DNA of 64,000 nucleotides from Callorhinchus milii. Taxonomy: Eukaryota. Both the position numbers and the translations under genes were made by a program. Shown here one piece after another: positions 1-12,849 of the stretch (the first letter of the stretch is position 1; each line of letters begins with the position of its first letter). Under the pieces are notes generated by a model. That model was not told where the DNA came from. It saw nothing but the letters and a program-made list of their open reading frames with translations, and did not search any database. The stretch is from NCBI RefSeq assembly GCF_018977255.1, contig NW_024704742.1, forward strand, positions 88,290,001 through 88,354,000, in the 5' to 3' direction.

Positions 1-170
1 GATTCATTGCAACCTTGCAATTTTCATGCTAAATCAAATAAAGTCATTGTCAAATTGTTGATATGAAGTGTATTTTCTCTTTAAGAGTGACCTGAATTTG
101 CTAACAATCTTCATCAATGAAGCCCAAATAAATCATTGTCAACCTGGTAATCTGGTCTTCAAATGAATAA

Positions 171-432
171 TCTAGGCTGAGACTTCAGTGCAGTGCTGGG
201 GGTGTACTCCACTGTCGGAGGTGCCACCCTTCAGATGAGACGTTAAACTGATGTCCCGTCTGCCTGTTCACGATCCTACTGCATTATTTTGGGACACTAG
301 TGTGCCCAAATTGGCTGCCGAATTCATCAACAAATACACAGTTACTGCACTTTACAGCAATTACCTATGTAATGCTTTGATACCTTTTGATGTTATAGGC
401 ACTATATTAAATGCATGGTTATTATTATTATA
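171..432 (+). mobile_element. Deu-domain SINE (SacSINE1/AmnSINE1-like)
   Basis: Deu core CACTGTCGGAGGTGCC...CAGATGAGACGTTAAAC...GTCTGCCTGTTC, then AAATTGGCTGCC and L2-type tail. Confidence 0.8.
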
Positions 433-904
433 AGAAGAAAAAACCATTGAAACTTTATGACTGTTGAGAATCTAGCTTTCCTTTACATATATGATTCAGC
501 GGATTACAGAGCTATGTGATAGTGCAATGTGAAAAAAAGCACAGGTTTTAGATCCCATGATTATTAATATTTATAGGTCAATCCTAAGGTAGTTGTATGT
601 TATGACCCTTGAACACATCTTTAGTACATTAAGATACTTGTTCTTTTGAAACCAGAGCTTAGTAATAAGTTGAATTATATGATTCAAAGCACAATGCCAT
701 TGTATCACATTATACTTTCTATCAATAATATGAGAAACTTTTATTTTCCTGAAGTTTTACTTTACTGATTCTCAGAGGGAAATAAGAGACTGCATGGATA
801 TTGTCAGAGTAAGCAGAACCCAAGCCATTCAATCTGATCTAACAATTAAAGAGTTGAGGTTCGGCAGATAGTTAGTTAGGTAATTAGTTTTTTCAGCTAC
901 AGCA

Positions 905-1270
905 GTCCGAAATTCCACTTAGCCTTAGCTTGTCAGTCCATTAGATCTTAAAATTTAAGATAATTGAGGAACACAATTTAAATTCAGTCTTTAATTTTGG
1001 ATGCCGGGTCTTTTATGAGATAAAGAACAAATTCTAGAATGTTCCACAATTCTGCACTATTTTAAAGTTTAAGATAAAATGGATTTACCAGCTAAGACTT
1101 GGTGGAATTTCGGAACTCGAAAGCTCTTGGAATTTTGATGTTGATTTGTTCCCATATTTAATGTCCTAGCAAGTGATTCATTGGGAAGCACTAAAATATA
1201 GCATCTTAAAGCACTAAACGTCTCACTTTATCTTATTTCTATGGGAGTTTTCTATTTAGATCCGAAAATC
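905..1270. repeat. Degenerate AT-rich palindromic repeat related to the MITE family
   Basis: AAATTCCAC, AATTCAGTCTTTAATTTTGGA and CAGCTAAGACTTGGTGGAATTT are shared with 20720-20980 and 36490-36700. Confidence 0.4.
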
Positions 1271-1319
1271 GCTAAAGGTAGTGATCTGTTCATCCCATAC
1301 AAATCCCTTCATTCCCACA

Positions 1320-1820
1320 CAGTTCGTACCTCTCTAACCTGATCGGCCCTGCTCCACTGCCTGACCCCTTCACTCAGACACAGGCCTGCTGCTATCCCGC
1401 AATCCCTCCTTGCCACCATGGGTGGTCGTATCTTCAGCCACTACTCCCCTAACCTCTGGAACTCCACAACAACAACAACAACAACAAGATTCCATTTATA
1501 AAGCGCCTTTCACGTCAGGAGGACGTCCCAAGGCGCTGCACAGTTGGGTCATGACCCGAGCAGGGGGGAAATGGTCAGGGTGAGGGGAGGGAAGGGAGGG
1601 AGCGAGGAGGGGGGAAATGGTCAGGGTCCCTGCCTCAATCCCTCTGCCTCACTTCTTCTTTGCCCCTTTTCAGATCACACTTGAAGACTTTTCTTTTCGA
1701 CCGTGACTACAGTCACCTCCCCTTTCTTTCCAGCTCCCAGTCAAACAATGTCATTATTAAGTGCCACAAGATACAATCCACATGAAGGGCCTTGTATAAA
1801 TGCAAGTTGTTATTGTTGTC
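1320..1820 (+). mobile_element. Old L2 3' fragment interrupted by an antisense L2 tail
   Basis: L2 3' signature (TTCAGCCACTAC...CTCTGGAACTCC...TTCGACCGTG) ending TATAAATGCAAGTTGTTATTGTTG. Confidence 0.7.
1467..1627 (-). mobile_element. Short 5'-truncated copy of the young L2 3' tail
   Basis: Reverse complement closely matches 54955-55094; (CAA)n tail on the + strand. Confidence 0.85.
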
Positions 1821-1999
1821 CAACCCCACCACTGTGCAGTCATATTGTCCAGTGAAGAAGGCATCAGATGAGAATTATGGGAGTTGACATCACTATGAGT
1901 CATGGGCTGGTTTGGTAAATTAAATTGATTTGAAGAAAGTTGAACAAAAAAACGTTTTTACATTATTACAGCACCTTATCATGACAAGACAGTAAAACA

Positions 2000-2230
2000 A
2001 AGGACATTGGTTAGGAGAACAACTTCAGGCTAGACAACAGGAAGCATTTCTTTACCCAGAGATTACAAAACAACTGGAACAGGCTGCCAGGAGGGATGGT
2101 TGAGGCCAGGACACTGGACTCATTTAAAAACACCTTGATGTTGTGATGGGGAGAAGGTAGGGTGCGTATTCTGACGATGAGATTAAATGGGCTGAAGGGC
2201 ATTCTTCATCCAAACTGATCTTGTGATCTC
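2000..2230 (+). mobile_element. CR1 LINE 3' end fragment
   Basis: TTCAGGCTAGACAACAGGAAGCATTTCTTTACCCAGAG...TGGAACAGGCTGCC (FRLDNRKHFFTQR..WNRLP) followed by CR1-type tail ATGGGCTGAAGGGC. Confidence 0.75.
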
Positions 2231-2249
2231 AAAGTGATTTAGAGTGATG

Positions 2250-2537
2250 ACTGTCAAGTGCAGTGAATGGTTTTGAAGGCAGCCATTTGGTGTACAGAGA
2301 GATCCTGTATGGTAGATAAATGACTGATTTATTTGGAGAATAATTGATTAGTCTGGAGCATTGTTGGCCAAACACCAGGAGAAACTTCCTCCTCTTTTCA
2401 AATAGAGCCATGGGATCTTTAACATCTTTAACTCCATAGGGAGTGTTGGTCGAGAGTGTGAGCTCAAATTGGGGCTTTCACCCATAACTTTCTGTCCCAG
2501 AGGTGGAAATGCTACCAATTGAGCCAACTGACACCTT
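2250..2537 (-). mobile_element. Deu-domain SINE (degenerate)
   Basis: GGCAGCCATTT, CACCAGGAGAAACT, GCCATGGGATCTTTAACATC, head GCTACCAATTGAGCCA. Confidence 0.7.
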
Positions 2538-2714
2538 AGGTGAAAATGAAGGAGAGCATGCAACAGCATTTATATCAATGTCACCTAACAATAATAATCC
2601 AGTCATTAACAAACAATGCACAAGGAAGTTTTCCATTTCAGGAAACAGGCACAATAATGAAAAACAATTATTGTAAATCTGGAACCATCTCTATGGTAGA
2701 ATTCTTTAATCAGG

Positions 2715-2797
2715 ATTTTCCTCAGTTTGGTTTGGATACTCTTAAGCATGGTGATGGGTTTCCGCATATGTGAGACACCCGGCTGACCAAAAAAACA
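2715..2797 (+). mobile_element. Family X 3' end
   Basis: TTTGGTTTGGATACTCTTAAGCATGGTGATGGGTTTCCGCAT...GACACCCGGCTGACCAAAAAAA. Confidence 0.62.
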
Positions 2798-4494
2798 TAG
2801 AGCAGTCACAGAACCTTGAATGTATGAAGGTGACTGGGTTCAGATTGATAGATATAGGCATTAATGCAGGTCACTCCAGCAATGTTTCCTTTCAATTGTG
2901 TAACTAAAATCAAGTTCAATACTCAGTTTGGCTTGCTAACCATTACAAGAGAAATTCCTAATTAAAATGCACTGTTCAAAAACATGAAAAAAGTAAGATC
3001 CTCACCATTAAGAGGTTGATTTAAAAATAAAACACTTAACATTCCTCTCTCACCAACCCCCATTCCGCCACCCCATTTATTTGACTTGTTCTGAGAGTTT
3101 TCATTCCAGCATTGGATGGTCTGGCTGGGGAGGAATTATTGCAGGTAAAACAGAACACAAGCGAAAGAATCCGAAAGCTGACTGTAATTGATTGTAACTA
3201 CTTGATTTCTAAAAGCTGCACTGGGATCAGGCATCTCTCTTCCCCTCAATTAGCTTATAACCGCAGTTTGATGTGCTGTAACTCGCTGTGATGTTAGATG
3301 CGTTTTGCATTGTACCTATTTCTCCCCTTTTACTTTATCCCTGAACTTCAATGGGTCTCGCAAATCGCAGCTGTAACATGAGCAGAAATGAACTGGCGAA
3401 AAGGGTCAAATCTGCATCTCTGCCAGCTGGTCCATGCTGTCAGGTATCATGAGTGTAACTCTCTAATGACATATGGGCAGCTTTTCATATCGGCCAGAAT
3501 GATTCAATAGATAATGAGATAAAAGATGGGTGTATCAAACTTCAAAAGCCTTGGAAACACCATAAGAAACTGATTATGTGTAACACAATATTTTAAAGTG
3601 CTGAAATGATGGGACAGTTTACAGATAAATGCCATTGTATATTAAAGCATTTGGAGCTGAGGTTCACATGCATGTTCTTTAATTTATCGGAGCCAAGTGA
3701 TAAAAGGCTGAATACTTCCCTTTCAGTTTGTTGGGATTTAAACCCGGTAGCGTTGGGACTTCTGAGTGAAGGCGATGGCTTTTGATGGCAACCGGCCACT
3801 ATGTTCTCAGTTACATGTTTCTCGTGGCCTCGACGTTCACACGCAAAGGGGTGAAGAATGCTAAATTGGGCAAGATGCAATCGCTCTGGACAGGATTACG
3901 TTATGAAACTCTGTATTTCACAAACTCAGCAGTTTTTTCCAGTGCCCTAGCCAACAACTCTCCTCCTCCCCTCAAAGAAATATTGATCATTCACTTCATG
4001 GCTGTTTGGGGGAAGTTGTGTGCGCAAATTGGCTGTTGCATTCGCTTACAAAAAAGACAGCAGCTGAATGCAAGGATTATTTATTATAGTAGCTTCTTCA
4101 CAAAATATACAGTCAATCCACTTTACAATATATTCTGTGAAGTACTTTGAGATGTCTTAATGACGTGATAAGGCGATATATCAAATGCAAGGCTTACTAT
4201 TATGTAAATGTTATTATTATTATAAAGAATTAAGAGGAAGGGGGGAAAATTAGCCTACTCCTGATCATTAGGCAATGATAGTCAGTGGGAAGTGGGCCTG
4301 AGGGAATGTTGGCTCGTGGGGTCAGGTTGTGTGGCCTGGGCTTCAGGTGTCGGACAGCAAACTGATGGCAATTGTTGAGGCTTACACATGAAGAACAGAC
4401 ACTTGTATTGAGACCTGGAGGAAATGTATCCCCTGTAGAACCAAACCCCAGCGTGAGTCTCAGCACTCGGCAGAGGCAGCGTAACATTACATAC

Positions 4495-4836
4495 TAATAA
4501 TAATTCTTGCATTTGATATAGTACATAATCACATCGTTGAGACGTCTCAAAGTACTTCACAGAATATACTGTAAAGTGAATTGACTATATATTTTGTGGG
4601 CGAAACACGGCAGCCAATTTCATACAGCAGCATCCCACAAAGAGTCGCGGATTGAGTGCCCAACATTTTTTATAATTTTTATGTCAATCGACGAACACCC
4701 GGATTCCTACTTACTGTGAGGTAAACAGAGGCATGTGGAGGAAGAAAACTTACCTAAGGTTTTGGCCAGCCCGGCAATCAAACCTGGACCCTCTCGCTTG
4801 CAAGGCGAGAGTGCTAACCAATACGTTATGGGACTC
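4495..4836 (-). mobile_element. Older tRNA-Ala SINE subfamily copy
   Basis: Tail AATAATTCTTGCATTTGATATAG, body GCAGCCAATT, head CTCTCGCTTGCAAGGCGAGAGTGCTAACC. Confidence 0.8.
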
Positions 4837-5564
4837 TACATGAATGAAATAGCCCTGGGATTGTTTTGTGACTCCGCAGAACTGATCACCAATGGCAACT
4901 GTCCACGGCCTTGCAGGTGTCAATAAGCCTGCCAGAGAGGATTTAGGATTTTTAACACATTCCTAGCTTGGCTGAGCTGACCAATTATTCTGCCCTTTCT
5001 ATCAGCACTGTAATCTTCTCTTCTCTGGGGTCATTAAACTTTTCAAAACTAATTTGTCACCACAACTGCGGACCCTCTGTGCCTGTGACAGCAACACAAG
5101 CGCACAGCCGCTCTGCTAAACACAAGCAGCCACAACATGAAATATACGTGACTGGGTTGTTGTGGCAGTGTGCTGTGCCCATAGACCAGTGGAATGGGCT
5201 TTGAAACCCATCTTCAGTGCTTGTCATCTCTGAGATAATACACCCCACCCCCTTATCTCCTCCCCTGCCCACCCCCCCATGTATTATTCTCCCTCAACAC
5301 TAATGAAATCTGGCTGATCACCTTATCGCCTGTGGATAAACTAGCTTTAGAAATGGGATTAAACCACTGGAGACAATCACTAGCTCCTGGCTGACTCAAT
5401 TATAGCCATTCCTCATTAACTGGTTGCTTTGTATACAGTTTGCAGGTTCTCACTAAATGCCGTGGTGACTATGAACAAAAGCCCTGTGTCAACTGAGATA
5501 AAAGCCTCTCTGGTGCAAATGGTATTTCTTCAAGGAATTCCACATGCAGGTCGGTCAGAATTTT

Positions 5565-6214
5565 ATCTTGAAACAAAGCCTCGGAGTTAAAAGATTGTGG
5601 GTTTGAGCCCTGCACCAAAGCTGAAAGTCTAAGATGACACTCCAATGTAGGGCTGGGGGAGCACTGCATTGTTAAGGGGGAGGGGGCACTGAATCGTCAG
5701 AGGTGCTGTTGTTCAGTTGACACATTAATAATCCTTGCATTTGATATAGCGCTTTTCACGTCCCAAAGCGCTTTACAGAACACACTGTAAAGTGAATTGA
5801 CTATATTTGTGGGCGAACGCAGCAGCCAATTGCGCACAGCAATGTCCCACAAACAGTCGTAGATTGAAAATGACCAATTTATTATTGTTTTTGGTTTTGG
5901 AGGGATTATTATTAGGTGTGTGGAGTAAGGAAACTTGCCCAAGGTTTCGCCCTGCCTGGAATTGAACCCAGGTCTTTCGCTTGCAAAGCAAGTGCTCTAA
6001 CCACTGAGCTACAGGACTCCATAACATTAACCCGAACTCTAGCCTGACTGTTCGGGTGGATGCTAAAGATACCCCACGTTACTGTTTAAGAAGAGAAGGG
6101 AGTTTTTCCTGTTGTCCTGGTCAGTAATTACTCAGAATAAAACAATTGGTCATTCACTTCATGGCTGTTTGCGGGCTATTGCTGTGCCAACCTGCCGATC
6201 GCATCTGCCTGCAA
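5565..6214 (+). mobile_element. Deu-domain SINE interrupted by the young SINE at 5729-6023
   Basis: 5' part at 5565-5728 rejoins CCCGAAC...CCTGACTGTTCGGGTGGATGCTAAAGAT at 6031. Confidence 0.7.
5729..6023 (-). mobile_element. Young tRNA-Ala SINE inserted in a Deu-SINE
   Basis: Near-identical to the reverse complement of 46128-46445; TSD ACATTAA at 5722-5728 and 6024-6030. Confidence 0.92.
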
Positions 6215-6487
6215 AATAATAATAATAATCCTTGCATTTGATATAGCGGCTTAGCAGATCTTTGAAATGTCTCAAAGCACTTTACAGGATATACTGTAAA
6301 GTGAATTGACTATATTTTGTGGGCGAATCGCGTCAGCCAATTTCGCACAGCAGTGTGCCACAAACAGTTGTGGACTGAGTAACCAAGAAGAAGAAACTTG
6401 CCTAATTTTTCGCTTTTCCCAGGATTCGAACCCAGGTCCTCTCGCTTGAGAGGTGAGTGCTCTAATCACTAAGCGACAAGACTTCAC
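6215..6487 (-). mobile_element. Older tRNA-Ala SINE copy
   Basis: Head GGATTCGAACCCAGGTCCTCTCGCTTGAGAGGTGAGTGCTCTAA; (TAA)n tail. Confidence 0.8.
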
Positions 6488-6604
6488 ATACTCAGTCACT
6501 GCACTTTACAGAAAAGCTATGAAGCTCTTTAAGATGTTTTGTTGTGATAAGGTGCTGCATCAAAAGATTTATTTACATCGTAAACCTCACGTAAATCAAA
6601 AGGC

Positions 6605-6690
6605 TAAACTTCTGACAAACGGTCATTGACCCGAAACATTAACTCACTTTCCTTGCTCCATAGATGCTGTCTGACCTGCTGAGCATTTTA
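6605..6690 (+). mobile_element. Penelope-like pLTR fragment with degenerate hammerhead motif
   Basis: TTCTGACAAACGGTCATTGACCCGAAACATTAACTCAC...AGATGCTGTCTGACCTGCTGAG aligns with 31547-31625 and 60451-60525. Confidence 0.65.
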
Positions 6691-6699
6691 GGCCATCCC

Positions 6700-7545
6700 A
6701 GCAACTTTAGGCCATCCTGATTAGCTCCCGTCAACGCCTTCACACTCAGTCGCTGACAGCATCACCATCCATGGATGCACACTCCTCCTTGCTAAGCCAG
6801 TCTGGAACCTTGGCATCTTACTTGACCCTCAACTATCCTTTCTACCCCACATCCATGCCATCACCCGCTCTGCCTTCCCGTACCTCCGCAACATCGCCCG
6901 ACTCCACCACTGTCTCACACCGCAGGCCACCGAAACCTCATACACGCATTCATAATATTGAGGCTTGATTATGCAAACTCCTTGATCACTGGCCTCCCCA
7001 ACTCCTCCCTCCATAGGCTGCAGATAATCCAGAACTTTGCAGCCTGTGAATGTCTCCCGCACCAGGCTCCGTGACCCTATCACCCCCATCCTCACCCGAC
7101 TCCACTGGCTTCCCATCACACAGAGGATACAGTTCAAGATCCTGGTCCTCACCTTCAAAGCCCTCCATTGCCTTGCTCCCCACTACCTCTGTGACCTCCT
7201 AACCCCGTACCATCCTGCCCGCTCCCTCTGCTCAGTGGGCTCCGGCTTGCTTCACATCCTGTTCCTCTCCCCCCCCACCATTGGCGGGCGGGCCTTCAGC
7301 CACTCTGGCCCCACCCTCTGGAACTTCATCCCGCGGTCCCAGTGCCTCGCCCCCTCCCTTGCCTTCTTCAAGACCCATCTCAAGGCCCTCCTCTTCGACT
7401 GTGTTTTCAATCTCACTGCTTCCCCCCTGCCCTCCACCCTCCCCAATCCCGGCCCCCAGCTCAGGTCCAAAACTCTGTCTGTCCAGCACCTTGGGACATC
7501 CTCCTTATGTGAAAGACGCTATACAAATATAATTTTGTTGTTGTT
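6700..7545 (+). mobile_element. 5'-truncated L2 LINE
   Basis: ORF track gives RLRDPITPILTRLHWLPITQRIQFKILVLTFKALH; ends in L2 tail GGGACATCCTCC...GAAAGACGCTATACAAAT plus TTG repeats. Confidence 0.88.
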
Positions 7546-8767
7546 TTTATCTCACATAATTCATATCAGTTGGGACTATACATTTAATATGACTTATGCA
7601 AAGTATGAGTTATGTCAAGCGTGCATAGAATGTAAACTCTTGAACAAGACTTGCACAGATGTACAACTTAGGCGATGATACGATTTATACAAGATTATGC
7701 AAGCTTTGCTGTATACTATGTAAAGTTTGCAGATTGCATAACGCATAATTATTTGTTTGGAGCAAACATTAGAGCAAAGTCCTGGGGGCTTTTACAGGTA
7801 TCCAGTCCATAGCGATCCCTCTCGATACCAATAGCTTCAGATTGCAATTTTTTTTTACTGAGCTAAAGTTTTTTGGTGTGAGAGAGAGAGGGAGAGAGAA
7901 GGAGAAGCCAGAATCAATAAGCTACAGACGTCCTGACTTGTATCGTACAGCACCCCACTCCGCAATGTGTCATTCAAAAATTATACAACAATAGCAATAA
8001 TAGTTTTTCTTTTTTTGTTCCCGTTTCTGTAATGATGTCACCGGTTCCATACTCTCTTGCAATAGAGTGTTTCTTCCCTCCTTTCGCTGCTAATTGCCGC
8101 TCAAAACTTGGCAATCCTGCACTTGGTGGAGCCCAGCCGTTTCTCACTGTATTTGCAGCCAAAGCATGCTGCGACTTGAATTTTAAGTTGTTTCCCTTTG
8201 TTTCTGCGAGAACCAACATTATTGAGGTTTAATAATGATTGAGCTGAGGTTTCTCATATTTCATTCAGCCCATTCCGCCTTTCTTTTTTTAATACTTGGG
8301 GGAATCAATCTTCAAGGATTATCTGAAGCCTTAAAGACCTGAAGATGTTACAGAGCTCACAGGACATTAAAAAGTTATAGTTTGTAAACGGCCAAAGAAT
8401 AACACTGTCCCCCCAATCCCCCACCATAGTTTAAAGCAACAGTTTGCAGCGAGAACTGCGTTTTATTTAACACGTCTTTCTAAAACACATTATTATTCTT
8501 TCTTTATCGTTTATACCAATTTTAATACTGATTTAATAGATATCACAAAGACACCATTCAAGTCTTTCATTCAGGTGGGGATAAAAAGGACCCTAAACTC
8601 AATAGAAAATGGATTGGGAAAAATTTAAATTGATAATTGTCTTCATAAGATCAAGGAGCAAAAAACCACAAGAAGATGTGAACAATGGGTCATATTAACA
8701 GGTGTGTCAGGATATTTGGTACAACAACAACAATAAATTATATTTGTGTAGTGTCTTTCACGTATAA

Positions 8768-9002
8768 CTTAGTTGGCAGCGCTCCTGCCTCTGAGTCAGA
8801 AAATTGTCGTTGTCCCAGCGTGAAAGATACAATACAAATGTTTTAGGGCTTGCACCCACAACAACAAAGTAGGGACTTGAACACACATAGATGATACTCC
8901 AATGCAGTGCAATACAGTGTTGAATTTACCGAAGTGCCATCCGTTGGATGAGATGCTAAACCCAGGCCCCATCTGCCTGTTTTGTGGATGTTAAAGATCC
9001 CT
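8768..9002 (+). mobile_element. Deu-domain SINE 5' part
   Basis: AGTTGGCAGCGCTCCTGCCTCTGAGTCAGAA...GGATGAGATGCTAAACCC...GATGTTAAAGATCCC. Confidence 0.65.
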
Positions 9003-9159
9003 ATCCCCCATTAGTTTTAATGCCAGGTTGCACATTCAATTTGCACATCGCTTATCACTGATCATGGCTTTCGACTGTCACTCCACAAAATCACGTCTAT
9101 TACTAATATTTACTATATTTACTGCACATAATCTCAGAGTAAAGGCAGAGCAAGACACT

Positions 9160-9330
9160 TTAGGGTAGAATTTACACCTGGGTTTAGACATTATATTTAT
9201 GTAACCTTTATGGATCCTTCAGAGTATCCATAATTTAACAAATTATTAAACACAGCCTTAATGATGAAACCGATTTCCTATAAATTATAGAACTGCAGGA
9301 AACCAGTTTCAAAGACTGAATTCAACACCA
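9160..9330. mobile_element. Same MITE-like palindromic family (left part)
   Basis: TTAGGGTAGAATTTACACCTGGGTTTAGA...CAGAGTATCC...AAGACTGAATTCAA. Confidence 0.5.
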
Positions 9331-11609
9331 GTGACAGAGTTTATTGTTTAGGGGCCAAATTATAATTTTACTGGCTAGTGATGTGAAAATAAATAATAAT
9401 ATTAATAATAAGAAGAATCCTTGCATTTGAAATAACGCCTTATCACATCATTGACAAGTCTCAAAGTTCTTCACAAAGTGGATTGAATGCATATTTTGTG
9501 GGCAAAATGTGGCAGCCAATTAAATTATTATTTAAATTAAATAAATGAAAATATCCATGATTTACTGCAGCTATTTAACCCACCAATGATCTGATCCAGA
9601 AATGTGTTCCAGACTGCTAAAGATCTCAGTGGATTTCTCCTGCAGAGCACATAATATAAAGCCATTGATATTTATGTGACTCATGCAAAAGTCTTCCACA
9701 AGTCATATACTGTTGAGTACTTGTCGCTAATCCTCATGAAAGCAACTATAACACAAGGTCATTAATGTGATGGTCTGGAGTTTCAGATGTACAAAAATAA
9801 CATCCCGGGGAATTACTTTCCGTGGCAATTTATTCAAAATGTAAATCTCACATTTCCAGCTCAGTTCAAGATTGATATCTGGTGCCAGGCACTGCAGGCT
9901 GGGAGTGTTGAAATTAATCCAAGGTCAATGAATCAGAAAGACTGAGCGACTATTGAAGACTGTTGGAGACAATAATAATTATTCTACATCCAATTTTTTT
10001 TATTTGGGAAAAATCTGTTCGCAGAAGACTTATATCAGTGAAATAAGTGTTTTGGACTCGAAGCACAATTCCAAGATCAAGAAATAGCTTCTGCATCTCC
10101 CAATGGTGGAACAACAAAAGACGATCCTGTTTAGGGAGATTTTACCCATCATTTTATAATAATAATAATTCTTGCTTTTGATACAACTCCTTTCATGTCA
10201 AAACGTTTCACAGAATTAAAGTGTAGCGACCGTGTACACTATGAAGTGTAGCGACGAAGCGAATGAGTGTAGAACTACAGATGGTCAGGAGTGAATTACA
10301 GATGTGAATGTGGTCCCCAGTTGATTGTGGGCCAGTTCCCATGAATGCACATATATAATTCCAAAGCCAACTTGGGGCCCCAAAGACATCTGGAATTCAT
10401 CCTCTAACCAGCACTATTCGGTACAATACATGTGAGTTCCCCTCTTTCTCCTGTCTTCCTTAGAGAAAAATGTCTTACTTCATATTGGGTTAGGTTAATG
10501 ACCTGGATGAGGAGGGACCTTGCATTAATGATCCGTGAGTGTGTGATATCAGAGATGCAACATTACATGACACTGGAGGCATTAAGAACACACTTACCAA
10601 GTTCTGACAAGTGCCCATTACTTGCTGAGTACTGTACTTGTCATTAATGCTAGTGAAAGCCACTGTAACACCAGGTTGCCAGGGAGAGAGCCACAAGTCA
10701 TGAAAGGCACTCAATCTCTTATTTTAATCAAAATGAGAGAATTAGGAGAGATGCCTAGAAGTTTCCTTCTGTGTGCCTGATGTAAAGTAACATTGATTGC
10801 GAATAAGGAAATTCAAGATTTTGGACAGTCCTATCTTCTGGAATGAAGTAAAGAGTGGATAGAGGGAACGGAAGGCACTGAAGTGGGATGAAATGCACCA
10901 AGGGGAGACTACAAAAGAGCTTTCAAATAAACAAACGGATCCAACAATAATAAAAAAATCCTTATGCGACACCACTGTGCAGCTCCAATAAAGTCAAAGT
11001 CTAATTATTGGATGAATAACGGCCACCCATGTGGAGGAACCGCATGACTCACATAGGAGCACTTTTAGACGTCCAGATGTTGTCCATCTTGTCCAACAAA
11101 TCTGGTTTAACAGCTGTGCAGTGATCTAACGTAACATGTGTTGCTACAAGGAGAACTTCACACAAAGTTCTCATTTAAAATTGTTAAGGTGGTGGAGACA
11201 GCCCATTGAGCCCAGTAGCTGAACAGCAGGGTATTGGACTCCCAGCTAGAGGGCCTGTGTTCAAATCCCTGCCCTGAATGACATTTGAACCCATCCAGCC
11301 TCACTCAGTAAGTTTATTACTGCTTGCCGAGGTTGGTAGAGGCTGTACCTTTCAACAGCATTGCTTCTCATGGGAAGTAGTGGAAAGTCTAACAGGACCA
11401 CTCTATTGACTTAAGCTCCAGTATGAAGGTAAGGGGTGGGAATAGTAATTAATAAAATAATAATTTTTACGTTTCATATAGCATCTTTCACGTTAGAAGG
11501 ATGTCTCAAAGTGCATTACAGGATACAACGTAAATTGTAGATCTGCTAATTTTGTAGGCAAATAAATAAATAGCTAAAAAACATAGTGACCTTTCTTAAT
11601 ACATTGATA

Positions 11610-11880
11610 TGTCCATCCTCTGAATGAGACGTTAACCCGAATCCCTGTCTCACTGTTCAGTTGGATGTTAAAGATCCCATGGTACAATTTGACAAGAGAA
11701 GTGAGTTTCTCACGGTGTCCGGGCCAACAATCTTCAAACAAAATTGTTTAGTTACTTCATGACTGTTTGTGGGATATTGCTGTGTGCCAATTGACTGCCG
11801 TGTTCGCCTACATTGAGTGCTTTGAGATGTCCTCCCTACGTGAAAGACGCTCTACCAATGTAAGGATTATTATTTATTAT
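11610..11880 (+). mobile_element. Deu-domain SINE 3' part
   Basis: ATGAGACGTTAACCCGA...GGATGTTAAAGATCCCATGG...tail GATTATTATT. Confidence 0.78.
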
Positions 11881-12849
11881 CTTCAACTGATATTCAATAA
11901 ACCAAAAACAGAGAACAAGCCAACCTACAAATACACTGTCATTGCACTTGACAGCATGAGACAATTCAACATTGTATGTTAAAAGCCAGGATTATTATTT
12001 TCATTGTTTGATATTCGGTTCACATAGGATCTTGGAATAAAGGATTACATATGTGGTGGTCTGTGTGAATGGACACCTGGAAGCAGCAAGTATGGACTAA
12101 AACCTACACATGTTTGCACGATTAAAGAAAAAGGTACCTCTCTTTGAAATGTAATAGTATATTTGTATTAAAGAAAATTTATAAATATATAATAGAACAG
12201 AGAGGCGCCAGTAAGTTGCGTAACCACGGTGCCTTTATATGACGGAGGAACACAATAAAAGCGTTTGAGTCCCAGGTTTTAGAATCACCATAAATAATGT
12301 TTAAAGGTGCAAGTTTCATTAGATTCAGGAAATAAATTGCTATTTGCTGCTAGCGTTGGCCATGTGCCACAACAATTAACAAATGCATACTGCTCAGCAT
12401 TCCACGACTCCTTCAGAGCAAGTCAACAAGAACAATTCAATTAACTAACATCGTGGCCTGACCTGTACTCTGTGACCCTAAAATGAAACAGTTTCATATC
12501 CCTGAGATAATGTCTTAACCGCACATAGTTTCTCTTTCATATTGATCTGGTTCTAGTCAAGTTTGTCTTGGTCATTTCTCGCCAGTTTCACAACTCCAGC
12601 AATCTCTCAAAAGTGATCTCAGCACTGATACGTGCACATTGTTTGTGTTTATAAAGGAAAACACAAGCTAGCTGGGTCGGAATGATTGCAGGTGTCAAAG
12701 TCTACAAAGTATGAAAGGTTACCCTTTGTTATAATTTCATCACAGACCCAGAAAACGTTGCTGAATTTTTAAAGCTACAAAATTCACTTCTTAGGTGCTT
12801 GTAAGTAATTCTTAACCGCTATGCTTATGGTTGCTTTGATTCACAGATT

